Assembly: GCA_018714565.1 (NCBI GenBank)
Contig: DVNH01000016.1
Location: 1 to 59,398, forward strand
Origin: Candidatus Merdicola faecigallinarum
GTDB lineage: Bacteria > Bacillota > Clostridia > TANB77 > CAG-508
DNA: 59,398 nucleotides
Direction of reading: 5' to 3'
Part shown: one piece after another, positions 48,362 to 57,880 of the stretch
Position numbering within the stretch: the stretch's first letter is position 1
How the letters are laid out: the number at the start of each line of letters is the position of its first letter
Program-made: the position numbers and the translations under genes
The notes under the pieces: generated by a model
The model's input: the letters and a program-made list of their open reading frames with translations, nothing else
The model's database searches: none
Told to the model about the DNA's origin: nothing

Positions 48362-49200
48362 TTTTTTTTTACATAAAAAATAGTATCTTCCATTAAAGCT
48401 TTTGTTCCTTTATATAAGTAATCTTCTAAAGCAACCGCATCATCAAAAGGTACTTTTTCAGCTGAATACTCAGATACATAATAAGGTTGAGCAATCGCTC
48501 CATCCATCATTACAACAGCTTCAACATCTGTTGGTAATCTGTTTGACTCATAAACTCTGACTGAGTCATACATACCAATAGCTTGTTCTTTAGGATCTGT
48601 ACCATTTGGTAATTCATCTAATATTTTTTTCATAGCTTTTCTGTATGTGCTATTTACTACGATTACTAGTAAGTCTGACTCAATTCCATCAATAAAGTCA
48701 TTTTTTAAAGTTCTAGCTCTTCCTAGTAAATCATCAATTGTATCTTGTACATTATCCTTAGGTGTTACTTCTGTTCCTTCTGTTACTTTAGCAAAGAACT
48801 CTCTGTCTAAATATCTTATAATAGCTGATTGATGATTTACTTTTCTTCTTTCTGCCATTCCATCAATACCATATAATTTAACATCTTTTCCTTGTAATTC
48901 TTCTACAATTTCTTTATCAGTATCAATAACTACTTTTACTGGTTTGCCTTTTACTGCATCACCTTTTCCAGCTTTTCTTGCTGTTCCTTTGTCTTTTAAT
49001 TCAGCATTTACAAATCTTTTATATTCAATTACTCCACCTTCTGGAGTTCCTGAACCATTTTTAGCTTTTATTTGCTCAGATACTGCTTTTGCTGATACAT
49101 TTTCTAATACTCCACTTAATACTTGTTTTAAATTATCTTTTGTTGTGCCATCTTGTAGCATTATATTTAATGCTTCTTGTGTAATTTGTTCACTTGCCAT
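48352..49200 (-). CDS. Major capsid protein
   Basis: Follows the scaffold gene; IGMYDSVRVYESN; GGAGG RBS before MASEQ. Confidence 0.85.
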   Translation of the reverse strand: MASEQITQEALNIMLQDGTTKDNLKQVLSGVLENVSAKAVSEQIKAKNGSGTPEGGVIEYKRFVNAELKDKGTARKAGKGDAVKGKPVKVVIDTDKEIVEELQGKDVKLYGIDGMAERRKVNHQSAIIRYLDREFFAKVTEGTEVTPKDNVQDTIDDLLGRARTLKNDFIDGIESDLLVIVVNSTYRKAMKKILDELPNGTDPKEQAIGMYDSVRVYESNRLPTDVEAVVMMDGAIAQPYYVSEYSAEKVPFDDAVALEDYLYKGTKALMEDTIFYVKKKSV

Positions 49201-49223
49201 TTTAAATTCCTCCAATCTATTTT

Positions 49224-49811
49224 TTAATAACTTGCTCTAGGTATTTCTTTCATATTTGATTTTTCAATACCTGTCTTTGATATAGGTGTATCTTCTTTTA
49301 ACCTTTCATTTACGGCTTTTTCAACTGCTTTATTAAACGCAATAGATATTTCATCTATTTTTGTATTTATTTCGTCAGCTTTTGCTGTACTAAAATTAAA
49401 GAAATTTAATAAAGATACATCTAATCCTTTTTCACTTGCTATTTTTAATGCTTGTTCTTTTAACTTATAAGCATTTAATTCAGCAAGTGCGTCTGTTTTT
49501 TCTCTTTCAGCTTTTTGTGCTTGATATTCAAGCTTTTGTTCTTTGTTCATTTTTGCAAGTTTTTCAGCTTCTGTCTTTTCATTATCCATAATTTCTTGCC
49601 AGTTTGTTTTAGCTGTTTCAATTGCTTTTTGAACTCTTCTATCAAACTCAGCTTGATTTTTACTATCTTTTAAAAACTCATCAAAATTACTTAAGTTTTT
49701 TGCTCCTTTATCATCATTTTGATTTACGTTTTGGTTTTGTTGTGTATTTGTTCCCGCTGGTTCATTGTTTGCCCCAGTATTAACATTTACATTTTGGTTT
49801 TCTCCTTCCAT
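49224..49811 (-). CDS. Capsid scaffold protein (DUF4355-like)
   Basis: EFDRRVQKA..AEKLAKM..AVEKAVNERLK..P; start after AAGGAG. Confidence 0.88.
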   Translation of the reverse strand: MEGENQNVNVNTGANNEPAGTNTQQNQNVNQNDDKGAKNLSNFDEFLKDSKNQAEFDRRVQKAIETAKTNWQEIMDNEKTEAEKLAKMNKEQKLEYQAQKAEREKTDALAELNAYKLKEQALKIASEKGLDVSLLNFFNFSTAKADEINTKIDEISIAFNKAVEKAVNERLKEDTPISKTGIEKSNMKEIPRASY

Positions 49812-49974
49812 TTCTTGCTCCTTCTGCCCCAGCCATTGTATTTCTACCCCAGCCATTGCTTTTTAAATTTCGTTTATTTTATAAAGCCTAACTACGATAA
49901 AACGGCAACAAAAAAAGACGCACGTCTGCGTCTTGATTTACAATTATTAAATTTTAATGTCTAATAGATGAATT

Positions 49975-50136
49975 TCATTCCTCTAGAATTTTCTTATATT
50001 TATTCTTGTTTTTCTTGTATTCCTCATATTGCTTTTTTATTCTTTCTGGTGCATTTTCTTTTAATCTAGCATATCCATCAATATCTCTTTCATAGGATAT
50101 CCATTCTATCCATTCATTATTTATCAAAGGTTTAAT
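49975..50136 (-). CDS. About 50-aa ORF directly after MuF; candidate immunity protein
   Basis: (I)KPLINNEWIEWISYERDIDGYARLKENAPERIKKQYEEY; start (ATT or TTG) uncertain. Confidence 0.5.
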   Translation of the reverse strand: MKPLINNEWIEWISYERDIDGYARLKENAPERIKKQYEEYKKNKNKYKKILEE

Positions 50137-50137
50137 T

Positions 50138-51763
50138 TCAAATCATCTCCTTCATAATCTTTACTATTTCTTTACTTAAAGTATTAGATTTCTTCTTGTT
50201 ACAATAATAATCTGCAAATGCTTCTGCTATCATTTCTGAGCTATCTGTTAAAGCATAATTTGAAATACTATTTATCATTTTCTCCTTTTGCATCATATCA
50301 CGTATTTTTAAATTATTGAAGGCTTTTTCTACTATTTTATCTGTTGTTATGTTATTATTATAATCAAATACCATTGCTTTCAGATTATTTTTATTCAACT
50401 TCTTTATAATTTCGAAACTAACCATATGTCCAGTTTCATGTACTCCTATATCTTTATAAGAAGTTCCTTTCGGATTGTCGTGCTTCTTTGTTCCCAAGTC
50501 ATAAGTATCTTTTATTTTGTTGTTGAAAATATTTTCGTTTATTTCTAATATATATTCTTTTCTGTTTGTAGGCCTTATTGACATTGCTGAATTATCATTT
50601 TCTTTTGTTACTTTATATTTTATGTTTCTACTTTTAAGAATAGGAAAATCCTTAAATACCTTTTCCATTTTTTTAAGGTTGCTTAACAATGCTGTTTTAT
50701 TAATTTTACTTAAAGCTTTATTTGTTAAAATTTTAGCTCCTTCAATAATCAGGTTGCCTCTACTGTCAAAAGTAATATTTTCTTCTTTAACTGAAGATGA
50801 AACATATTGTATCATGCTTCTACACCAATGAAAGTGATGTGAAATAGGTGGTAAGTTTAATCCTGTTACAAGTCCAAAGCATTTTATTTTTTCTATTCTT
50901 AAGTCTTTCTGTGTTTCTCCATAGTATCTGTTAAACTCATTCTCCTTATTTATATAGAATAGTTGACCATCTAAGCTATGGCACATATCTGTTTCCTTAC
51001 CGTCGATTACTGCAATAAACCTTACTTGAGCATCATTATCTATTTCTTTTATCCCTTCCACTTTAGCAAGGTTATTTACTCCAATTAATTGTGCATCTAT
51101 ATCTCCTGATATTTTATCTCCTTTTATATTAAGCTTAGAATTGTTTTGTCTCTTAATTACATTTTGATATATATCATTTGTTATATCTGGTTGTTTTTGT
51201 TGCTGTAAATCGATTGTCATTTGTCTATATATTTGTTGTGCGTTAAATTGTATCGTTGCTTGTATATATTGTTCAAATACATAACCTTTTACATTTGGTT
51301 GGTCTAATAAAGCTAAAAATAAAGCCAATTTTAAAACATTTAATGACTTTCTTTCTTTTTTCGATAATGTATTATTTACTTCTTGTTGCCCTTCTTGATA
51401 GTAATAATTTGCGTCATCATACATTATATCTAATTCTCGCTCTTGTATTTTGTTTTGCTCTTCTATATAAGCCCCATATACAAGTAATTCTAGTATTTCA
51501 CTATTCTTTACTCTTGTTCTACTGTAAATATTCTTTGCTAACATTCCAAAATATCCTGTTAACAGTCCTTTATCTTTCCATTCAGTTATATATGTATTAA
51601 CTCTATCTTTTGTTTTTTTATCTGCTATTTTGTATAAAGTATCAAAATCAAACTTAAAAGTGTCTATTATTTCTTGTAGTCTGTTTTGTGTTTGCTTACT
51701 TGTTTTTAAGTATAATTGTTTTAACTCTTTCATCTTTTGGTCGTGGTACTTCCAATTATCCAT
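50138..51763 (-). CDS. MuF minor head protein with C-terminal zincin-like extension
   Basis: D..ETDMCHSLDG..PPISHHFHWCRS, then VHETGH..SNYA..EMIAEAF. Confidence 0.85.
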   Translation of the reverse strand: MDNWKYHDQKMKELKQLYLKTSKQTQNRLQEIIDTFKFDFDTLYKIADKKTKDRVNTYITEWKDKGLLTGYFGMLAKNIYSRTRVKNSEILELLVYGAYIEEQNKIQERELDIMYDDANYYYQEGQQEVNNTLSKKERKSLNVLKLALFLALLDQPNVKGYVFEQYIQATIQFNAQQIYRQMTIDLQQQKQPDITNDIYQNVIKRQNNSKLNIKGDKISGDIDAQLIGVNNLAKVEGIKEIDNDAQVRFIAVIDGKETDMCHSLDGQLFYINKENEFNRYYGETQKDLRIEKIKCFGLVTGLNLPPISHHFHWCRSMIQYVSSSVKEENITFDSRGNLIIEGAKILTNKALSKINKTALLSNLKKMEKVFKDFPILKSRNIKYKVTKENDNSAMSIRPTNRKEYILEINENIFNNKIKDTYDLGTKKHDNPKGTSYKDIGVHETGHMVSFEIIKKLNKNNLKAMVFDYNNNITTDKIVEKAFNNLKIRDMMQKEKMINSISNYALTDSSEMIAEAFADYYCNKKKSNTLSKEIVKIMKEMI

Positions 51764-51773
51764 TTACAACACC

Positions 51774-53393
51774 TCACTTTGTTACGGTGTCTGACTGCTT
51801 AATATTATTTTGTTTTACTTCTTGATTTTCTTTCATTTTTTTATTGTCTTGACTTTGTGTTTGTTGGTTTTGTTGTTCTGTATTTAATTGTGCATTACTT
51901 GTATCTTGTCCCATCTTTTGCATATTTTCTAAATTTTTTTCTATATTGGCTTCATTCTGCATATCCATTTCTGCTAGTTCTGCTTCGCTATCTAGATCAT
52001 AAGGTAGGTGCTCTATTACTGTTTTGTCTGATAATAATCCTCTTAATTTTAGCCAAGCATTTACGACACTTTCTGTATCTGTTGGTAAATTCCTTGTAAG
52101 AATTATTTCTATATCTCTAAAATCATATTGTTTATTTTTCTTTAAATTTATTCTTTCTGTAATCATTCTCCACATTCTTAATAATTCTGCTTTAAACAAG
52201 TGATCTGCTTGTTGTAATACTTGTTCAAGTGGAAAAAATTTCTTTTCTAACGCACTAGCATTGTCTGCATTTGTAAAACCTTGATCCGTTACATTTGGCA
52301 CACCAGATATCATTAATGCCATATCTAAACAAGTCTTCTTATGATTTTCAGAAGCTGTATCATTTATATCTTTTGTTACCCAATCTATATCTCCACTTTG
52401 GTCTGGTGTATAAAATACTTTTGCATTTAATATTGCTTCATCTTCTTTTTTTCTTGCTGGATTATTTATCATTATAGGTTGTCCATTGCTATCTACTTGT
52501 GGTTGTCCGTCTTTGTCCGTAGCTTGTATTATTGCTTCATTATCTGGAGTAAAACCTGTTATTTTTAATTTAGCATTATCGTTATATTCAAATGTATTGG
52601 CATTGTTTCTTATTACTTGCTCGTGTTTCTTTATTAAAGTTATTACATTTTCAAAGAAGCCTAAACAATCTGGATTTTCTACTGCAAAACAAGGAACATC
52701 ATTCCACAACACTTCTTTTTTGCTATCTTTGACTTCTGTAAATTCGTATTTAACATTTTGATTTATATCTTTCTTTTCTATTCCATCTACATATTGCTTT
52801 TTATAGTCTTTTGTTATTATTTCTAAATGCGTTTCTATGCCTCCAGAAGCAGTATTTTCGAACCAAGCTCTTAATAGTCCTATCTTTTTCTGTGGTGTTT
52901 CATAATTCCATATTGCTACTGTATTTAAACTAGATGTATGTGCATAAACTTCTTCATTTTCGTTATTCTCAAATACTAAACCATAACAAGCGCCTGTTGT
53001 TATATAATCTTTTACACAGTCATAGAAAAAGCTACCATTGTCATTATATTTTGTAATATAATCAATGATAGCTTGAAATTCATCTGGATCATTTTTATCT
53101 CCAAAAATCTTATCAAATATTTTCTTTAATATATTTTTTTGTGTGTCATTTATTTTTCTTACTTTATACTGTGGCTCTTTACCTCCAAAATAGCCACTTG
53201 CTATAATAGTTATGTAATATTCTAATGCTACTACTACATCGCTTTTATCATATTTCCTTGTAAATCTGTCATATAAATACTTTCTATGCATTAGGATTGG
53301 TAATGCTTTTCCCCACAATATATTTATGTTATTATTTATATTTTTTCCACTTAGGAAGTTATTTTGATATTGTATTCTTTCTATTACATCCAT
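51774..53393 (-). CDS. Portal protein (SPP1-like)
   Basis: Synteny; GYFGGK, SGVPN, FTNADNASAL, TRNLP; start after AAGGAG. Confidence 0.9.
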   Translation of the reverse strand: MDVIERIQYQNNFLSGKNINNNINILWGKALPILMHRKYLYDRFTRKYDKSDVVVALEYYITIIASGYFGGKEPQYKVRKINDTQKNILKKIFDKIFGDKNDPDEFQAIIDYITKYNDNGSFFYDCVKDYITTGACYGLVFENNENEEVYAHTSSLNTVAIWNYETPQKKIGLLRAWFENTASGGIETHLEIITKDYKKQYVDGIEKKDINQNVKYEFTEVKDSKKEVLWNDVPCFAVENPDCLGFFENVITLIKKHEQVIRNNANTFEYNDNAKLKITGFTPDNEAIIQATDKDGQPQVDSNGQPIMINNPARKKEDEAILNAKVFYTPDQSGDIDWVTKDINDTASENHKKTCLDMALMISGVPNVTDQGFTNADNASALEKKFFPLEQVLQQADHLFKAELLRMWRMITERINLKKNKQYDFRDIEIILTRNLPTDTESVVNAWLKLRGLLSDKTVIEHLPYDLDSEAELAEMDMQNEANIEKNLENMQKMGQDTSNAQLNTEQQNQQTQSQDNKKMKENQEVKQNNIKQSDTVTK

Positions 53394-53403
53394 ATTCTTC
53401 TCC

Positions 53404-54807
53404 TTAAACAATATTATTATATCCAAAACTTATTGTGTTTGGCTTTGGATGTTCATAAACTCCTGTCAAACAATCCTCTGCATCATCATGTTCATTTTTT
53501 CCACTTCTTAAATAATGTTTTAAATGTTTTGCAAATTCTGGCCATCTATCTTCCCAATTTAATGGAAAATATATATTATTCATAACAGCTGTTGAATTGC
53601 TTAATATTCTTGCTATTTTGTTTTCACTTTGATGAAATGGATTGATCTTTGTATGATAGTTCTTCAACTTCTTTAATTCTTCTTTTACATTTCTTGCGAA
53701 TCCCCTTCCACCATTATTACTTTCTATATTTGCATATCCAACTTTGTCTTTAGTAAGCATTTGAGCTACTGTTGGCTCCGTTGTTTCCATACTTTCTTGG
53801 GTATAAATAACATCTAAAATATAGTATGAATTATTATACATTTGATAATCTATTGAGCATAAATAATCTTCTCCCTCATCTGCTGTATCTGTATAATTCA
53901 TAATATAGTGTGCTGGTGGCAACTTATCATATGTTTTAAACCCACTATATAATCTATTCTTAACATCTATTGGCTCTTGCTGATAATTTGCATATATAAT
54001 GTCTTTGTTCATATTCTTAGTTTTAAGTAAATAATCTTCTTTATTTAATATTTCATTGCATAACATTGATCCATCTTTTTGTACTGCTTGATAATTAATA
54101 TGTCTTACATTATCAAAGTTTTCTAATACATAACCTGCTAAATCGTTGCTAGCCCATCTAGTCATTATTATTATTAACTTGAATCCCGTTTCAGTTCTGG
54201 ACATCATTGTATTGTTAAACCAGTCTATTTGCTTTTGTAATACGTTTTCATTGTAAGCTTCTTGAACATTTTTGATTAAGTCATCTATTATCATTAATGT
54301 ACATCCAAAACCTGTTGCAGTTCCTGTAGGTGATGTTGCTAAGTAATTTGCTTGATTACTTCCTTCTAATGCCCATTTATTTGCACTAGCTTCACCATAT
54401 TTTATTTTTGTATTCGGAAATATATCATTATATACTATTATTCCTTCTGTTTTCTCTGATGCTATTGTATCTCTTACAGACTTTGCAAATGTTCCTGACA
54501 GATTTTCGTTATATGATCCTGTCATTACTTTTTCATGATTATTTTTTCCAAATACCCATTCTGTTAATTTCCCTGCTGTTCTAGATTTCCCATGTCTTGG
54601 TGGTAACGTCATAACCATTATCTTATCTTCTGGCTTTGTGCCTTCGTAAAAGCCCTGTAATTGATTGCACATATCCTTTAGAAAGAACCTATCCTCTTTA
54701 TAAAAATCTGATGCAGTTAATTTACAATATTCAAAAAAATCACGTCTAGCTAATTCTAAACGTGCTTGCTTTTTAATTTCTTCTTTTATTTTAGTATTTA
54801 TCATCAT
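53404..54807 (-). CDS. Terminase large subunit
   Basis: PPRHGKS, IIDD, MTRW, HDDAED. Confidence 0.95.
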   Translation of the reverse strand: MMINTKIKEEIKKQARLELARRDFFEYCKLTASDFYKEDRFFLKDMCNQLQGFYEGTKPEDKIMVMTLPPRHGKSRTAGKLTEWVFGKNNHEKVMTGSYNENLSGTFAKSVRDTIASEKTEGIIVYNDIFPNTKIKYGEASANKWALEGSNQANYLATSPTGTATGFGCTLMIIDDLIKNVQEAYNENVLQKQIDWFNNTMMSRTETGFKLIIIMTRWASNDLAGYVLENFDNVRHINYQAVQKDGSMLCNEILNKEDYLLKTKNMNKDIIYANYQQEPIDVKNRLYSGFKTYDKLPPAHYIMNYTDTADEGEDYLCSIDYQMYNNSYYILDVIYTQESMETTEPTVAQMLTKDKVGYANIESNNGGRGFARNVKEELKKLKNYHTKINPFHQSENKIARILSNSTAVMNNIYFPLNWEDRWPEFAKHLKHYLRSGKNEHDDAEDCLTGVYEHPKPNTISFGYNNIV

Positions 54808-55180
54808 TTATCAACTGCCTTAATTCTTCTGTTGATAATCCTTCAAATGGATTGTTTATATTTCCACTATGTTCTAATTGCTGTTTATCTGTCCAACCAA
54901 AATTGTTTTTTAAATTAAATATTATACCTGTTGTAGAACTATCTGTTATTAAATGCTTTTCTAGATAATTTTCTACTTTTAGCTTTGCCTTTTTTATAGT
55001 GTCGGAAAATTCAGAATTTTTGGCATATTCCGCTAATGTATCTCTACATATATCTAAAGCTAAACACAATCCAGTAACTGTATAAGGCTCATTCTTTTTT
55101 TCACATTCTTTGAAATACATCTCTATTTTCTGTTGCATTATTTCTACTTCTGTATATTTCTTTGGTCTTCCTGCTTTCAT
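54791..55180 (-). CDS. Terminase small subunit
   Basis: GRPKKY..TVTGLCLAL..IFNLKNNFGW.D. Confidence 0.85.
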   Translation of the reverse strand: MKAGRPKKYTEVEIMQQKIEMYFKECEKKNEPYTVTGLCLALDICRDTLAEYAKNSEFSDTIKKAKLKVENYLEKHLITDSSTTGIIFNLKNNFGWTDKQQLEHSGNINNPFEGLSTEELRQLINDDKY

Positions 55181-55234
55181 CTTTTCACCTACTCTTTGTA
55201 CTGTATAATTACTATTAATAACATTTCTAATAAC

Positions 55235-55402
55235 TTAATTCTTCCTCTTTTGATAATCTACACACTTGTATTCTATACAATTTGCTTCTCCATCTACTGA
55301 TATTACTATTCCACAACCTGTATAGTTTTCTTCTTTGTAATGTATACAATTTGGGCATATTTCTTCTTTAAATTTCTGCATATTTTCTTGATTACTTGGC
55401 AT
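55235..55402 (-). CDS. 55-aa Cys-rich phage protein
   Basis: GAGGTG RBS; CPNC..C..C..C. Confidence 0.55.
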   Translation of the reverse strand: MPSNQENMQKFKEEICPNCIHYKEENYTGCGIVISVDGEANCIEYKCVDYQKRKN

Positions 55403-55422
55403 ATTAACCACCTCTGTTTAAT

Positions 55423-55496
55423 TGGTTCAGGAACCTAGATTCGAACTAAGAATAAATGGGTCAAAGCCATTCGTGATACCTTTTCACTATTCCTGA
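55423..55496 (-). tRNA. Prophage tRNA-Gln(UUG)
   Basis: TCAGGAA/TTCCTGA acceptor stem; AATGG-CTTTGAC-CCATT anticodon arm; TTCGAAT; CCA. Confidence 0.85.
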
Positions 55497-55717
55497 ATAT
55501 AAAAAAAGAGCAAACATTTAAAACGTTTACTCTTATAGGGATTGTAGTCTTGGGCTTGGATAATTATATCCGACTACATAAGATGCATTATAGTATAACC
55601 TTTTATATTTGCAATTTAGTTCAAAACTTTTATGTTTTGCTTTTATTGCTATTATAATTATAAATCATCAGGATCATAATTGCATCCAAATTTTATCACA
55701 ATTTTATCACAATTTTA

Positions 55718-56266
55718 TTAAATTCCTGTATTAATTATTTCCAGCATACTTTTCATCGCTTCATCTCTAATATTTAACAATTGATTTATTGATTTTGGTT
55801 TATTAAACTCTTCATAATACTCATTTGCTACATAATCCCATTTTGACTTTTCAAAATAATACGACTTTATAATAAACCTTTGTTCATTCGTTAATTGATT
55901 TATCATGTTTTTTACTCGTACTATTTTTTTATCTAGTTCCGCTTCTAATTTATTACATTCTAATATCTTTCTCTTTAAATATGATCTATCTTCTTTGTTA
56001 ATATGTTTTATTTCTTTTTCATATGTCATAGCTACTTTTGATGTTTTGTCAGACACATTATTTGTATTACTATGTAAAGTATCATACCCTTGTCCTTTTA
56101 ATTGCATACTTTCAATAACTTCTTTTTCACTTTCTTCATACACCGTTCCTGCATAATTCAGTCTTTCTTCATATTCCTCTTTTTTTAATCTTATTTCTGT
56201 TAACTTAGCTTCGTTTTTAGGATGTTCTTTTAACATTTTCTCGGCATCTTCTTTTATATATTGCAT
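55718..56266 (-). CDS. Late transcription activator (ArpU/RinA-like)
   Basis: Position before the packaging module; sigma-region-4-like C-terminus QLTNEQRFII..YF...WDYVA. Confidence 0.7.
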   Translation of the reverse strand: MQYIKEDAEKMLKEHPKNEAKLTEIRLKKEEYEERLNYAGTVYEESEKEVIESMQLKGQGYDTLHSNTNNVSDKTSKVAMTYEKEIKHINKEDRSYLKRKILECNKLEAELDKKIVRVKNMINQLTNEQRFIIKSYYFEKSKWDYVANEYYEEFNKPKSINQLLNIRDEAMKSMLEIINTGI

Positions 56267-56572
56267 ATATCTTTCGTACCTCCTACAATTTTAATTTTTC
56301 TAATTCACTTTTTAATATATCTATATTTTCATTTAGTAGATCTTTTTCTTCATATACCAGTAAACAACATATACTATTATATAAATCATTTACTTTCTTT
56401 ATTTGTTCTTCTCTATTCATTTGTATTCTCCCTATTCTCTTATCATTTTCTGCAAAAAATTTGCTACTTTAAGGTAGATCTCTTGAGCTTCTCCTTCTGT
56501 ATGTTTTACTAATGTTTCATATTTTTTTAGGTCTTGCTTTAATATATTTTTAATTCCTTCTTTCACTTTTTA

Positions 56573-56962
56573 TCACTCCACTTCTACTGTATAACAGTTT
56601 GCTTGGTACTGTTCTTTTGTTAGTATTGTTTTAATTTCATCATTCTCACAAGTATCATCTGGTATCAAATGTGTTTCATCAACAAATATTAATTTTGGAT
56701 AATCTGGAAATCCTTCAAACATAGCAATATGTTTTACTTCTCTTCCATTTACATAGTCTCCTACTTCTATTAGATCTATTATGTTTTTGCTGTGGTTTAC
56801 TACATATTCATCTACATATTCCCATGGAATTTCCATCATAGGCATATTTTTTAAATCATAAACGTCATCATCACAATCGACAGAATATTTATCTAAAACA
56901 TCCGTAACTTTTGCTATGACTCCATCTTTAGTTCTTACATATTCTCCTACTTCAATATTCAT
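56573..56962 (-). CDS. Phage hypothetical protein
   Basis: IEVGEYVRT..IIDLIEVGDYVNG; RBS present. Confidence 0.65.
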   Translation of the reverse strand: MNIEVGEYVRTKDGVIAKVTDVLDKYSVDCDDDVYDLKNMPMMEIPWEYVDEYVVNHSKNIIDLIEVGDYVNGREVKHIAMFEGFPDYPKLIFVDETHLIPDDTCENDEIKTILTKEQYQANCYTVEVE

Positions 56963-57168
56963 TTATTCTCTCCTTTTAAGTATCTATAAACAGTTCTTTC
57001 CACTATGCTTAAAGCTTCATAATTAGTTATAAATCTTCCAGAATGTCTATGTCTTACACTACTTCTTATTATTTTAATTTGCATATTATATTCTCTTCTG
57101 TATATTTCTGCTATTTTGTTCTTACTTAATCCACTTCTCCATAGATCTATTATCTTTTTCTCTTTCAT
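56959..57168 (-). CDS. Phage hypothetical protein
   Basis: GAGGTG RBS; ORF track. Confidence 0.6.
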   Translation of the reverse strand: MKEKKIIDLWRSGLSKNKIAEIYRREYNMQIKIIRSSVRHRHSGRFITNYEALSIVERTVYRYLKGENK

Positions 57169-57265
57169 ACTACACCTCTAAGATGTAGTATTTACTTTTA
57201 TTTTTCTAAAAATTCTTTAAACTCTATTCTCCCCTATAGGATTTTCAGTCCTCTGCTCTTGTTGT

Positions 57266-57787
57266 TTATTCTCCTTCCGCTTCTACCTTCTTTTCAAAAT
57301 ATTGTTTTACTTCTTCTTTATTTAAATATCTCATACCAAACTTTGTTTTTGGTTTAATATCAAAACTTTCTATTTTCATAGTAGGTTCTGGAATTTTTAA
57401 TTGTTCTGCCATTAAATCTATTTGCTTTTTAAGTTGCATATTTTCTTTATCTGCTTTTACTGTATTATCTAATGCTTTTTGATATAAGTATTTATATTTT
57501 TCATTTTCAAATACTAAATTCTCATATATTTCTTCGTGTTGTTTATCTATATTTTCTTTATATCTTTTAAATCTAATTTTTTGATATTCTTTTCTACTTT
57601 TTATATCTTCATTTTCTTTTTGTAGTTTAGTTATAAGATTTAAAGCTGTTTCTATTGCTTCTTTTTCTTCTATACTTAAACTTATTGTGCCACTGCTATA
57701 AAACGAAGAAGTAACATTAAATTTTATATTTTTAATTTTTTTTACTATCTCAATAGCTTTCTTTTCTTCTTCATTCATATAATCCAT
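57266..57787 (-). CDS. Phage coiled-coil hypothetical protein
   Basis: ORF track; GGAGG upstream. Confidence 0.6.
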   Translation of the reverse strand: MDYMNEEEKKAIEIVKKIKNIKFNVTSSFYSSGTISLSIEEKEAIETALNLITKLQKENEDIKSRKEYQKIRFKRYKENIDKQHEEIYENLVFENEKYKYLYQKALDNTVKADKENMQLKKQIDLMAEQLKIPEPTMKIESFDIKPKTKFGMRYLNKEEVKQYFEKKVEAEGE

Positions 57788-57880
57788 ATCTCCTCCAATT
57801 CATATCTACTATAATAATTATAATAATCATAATATCTATTAACATATTCTAGTTTTTCTATTGCTTCTTCTTGTTCTTTG

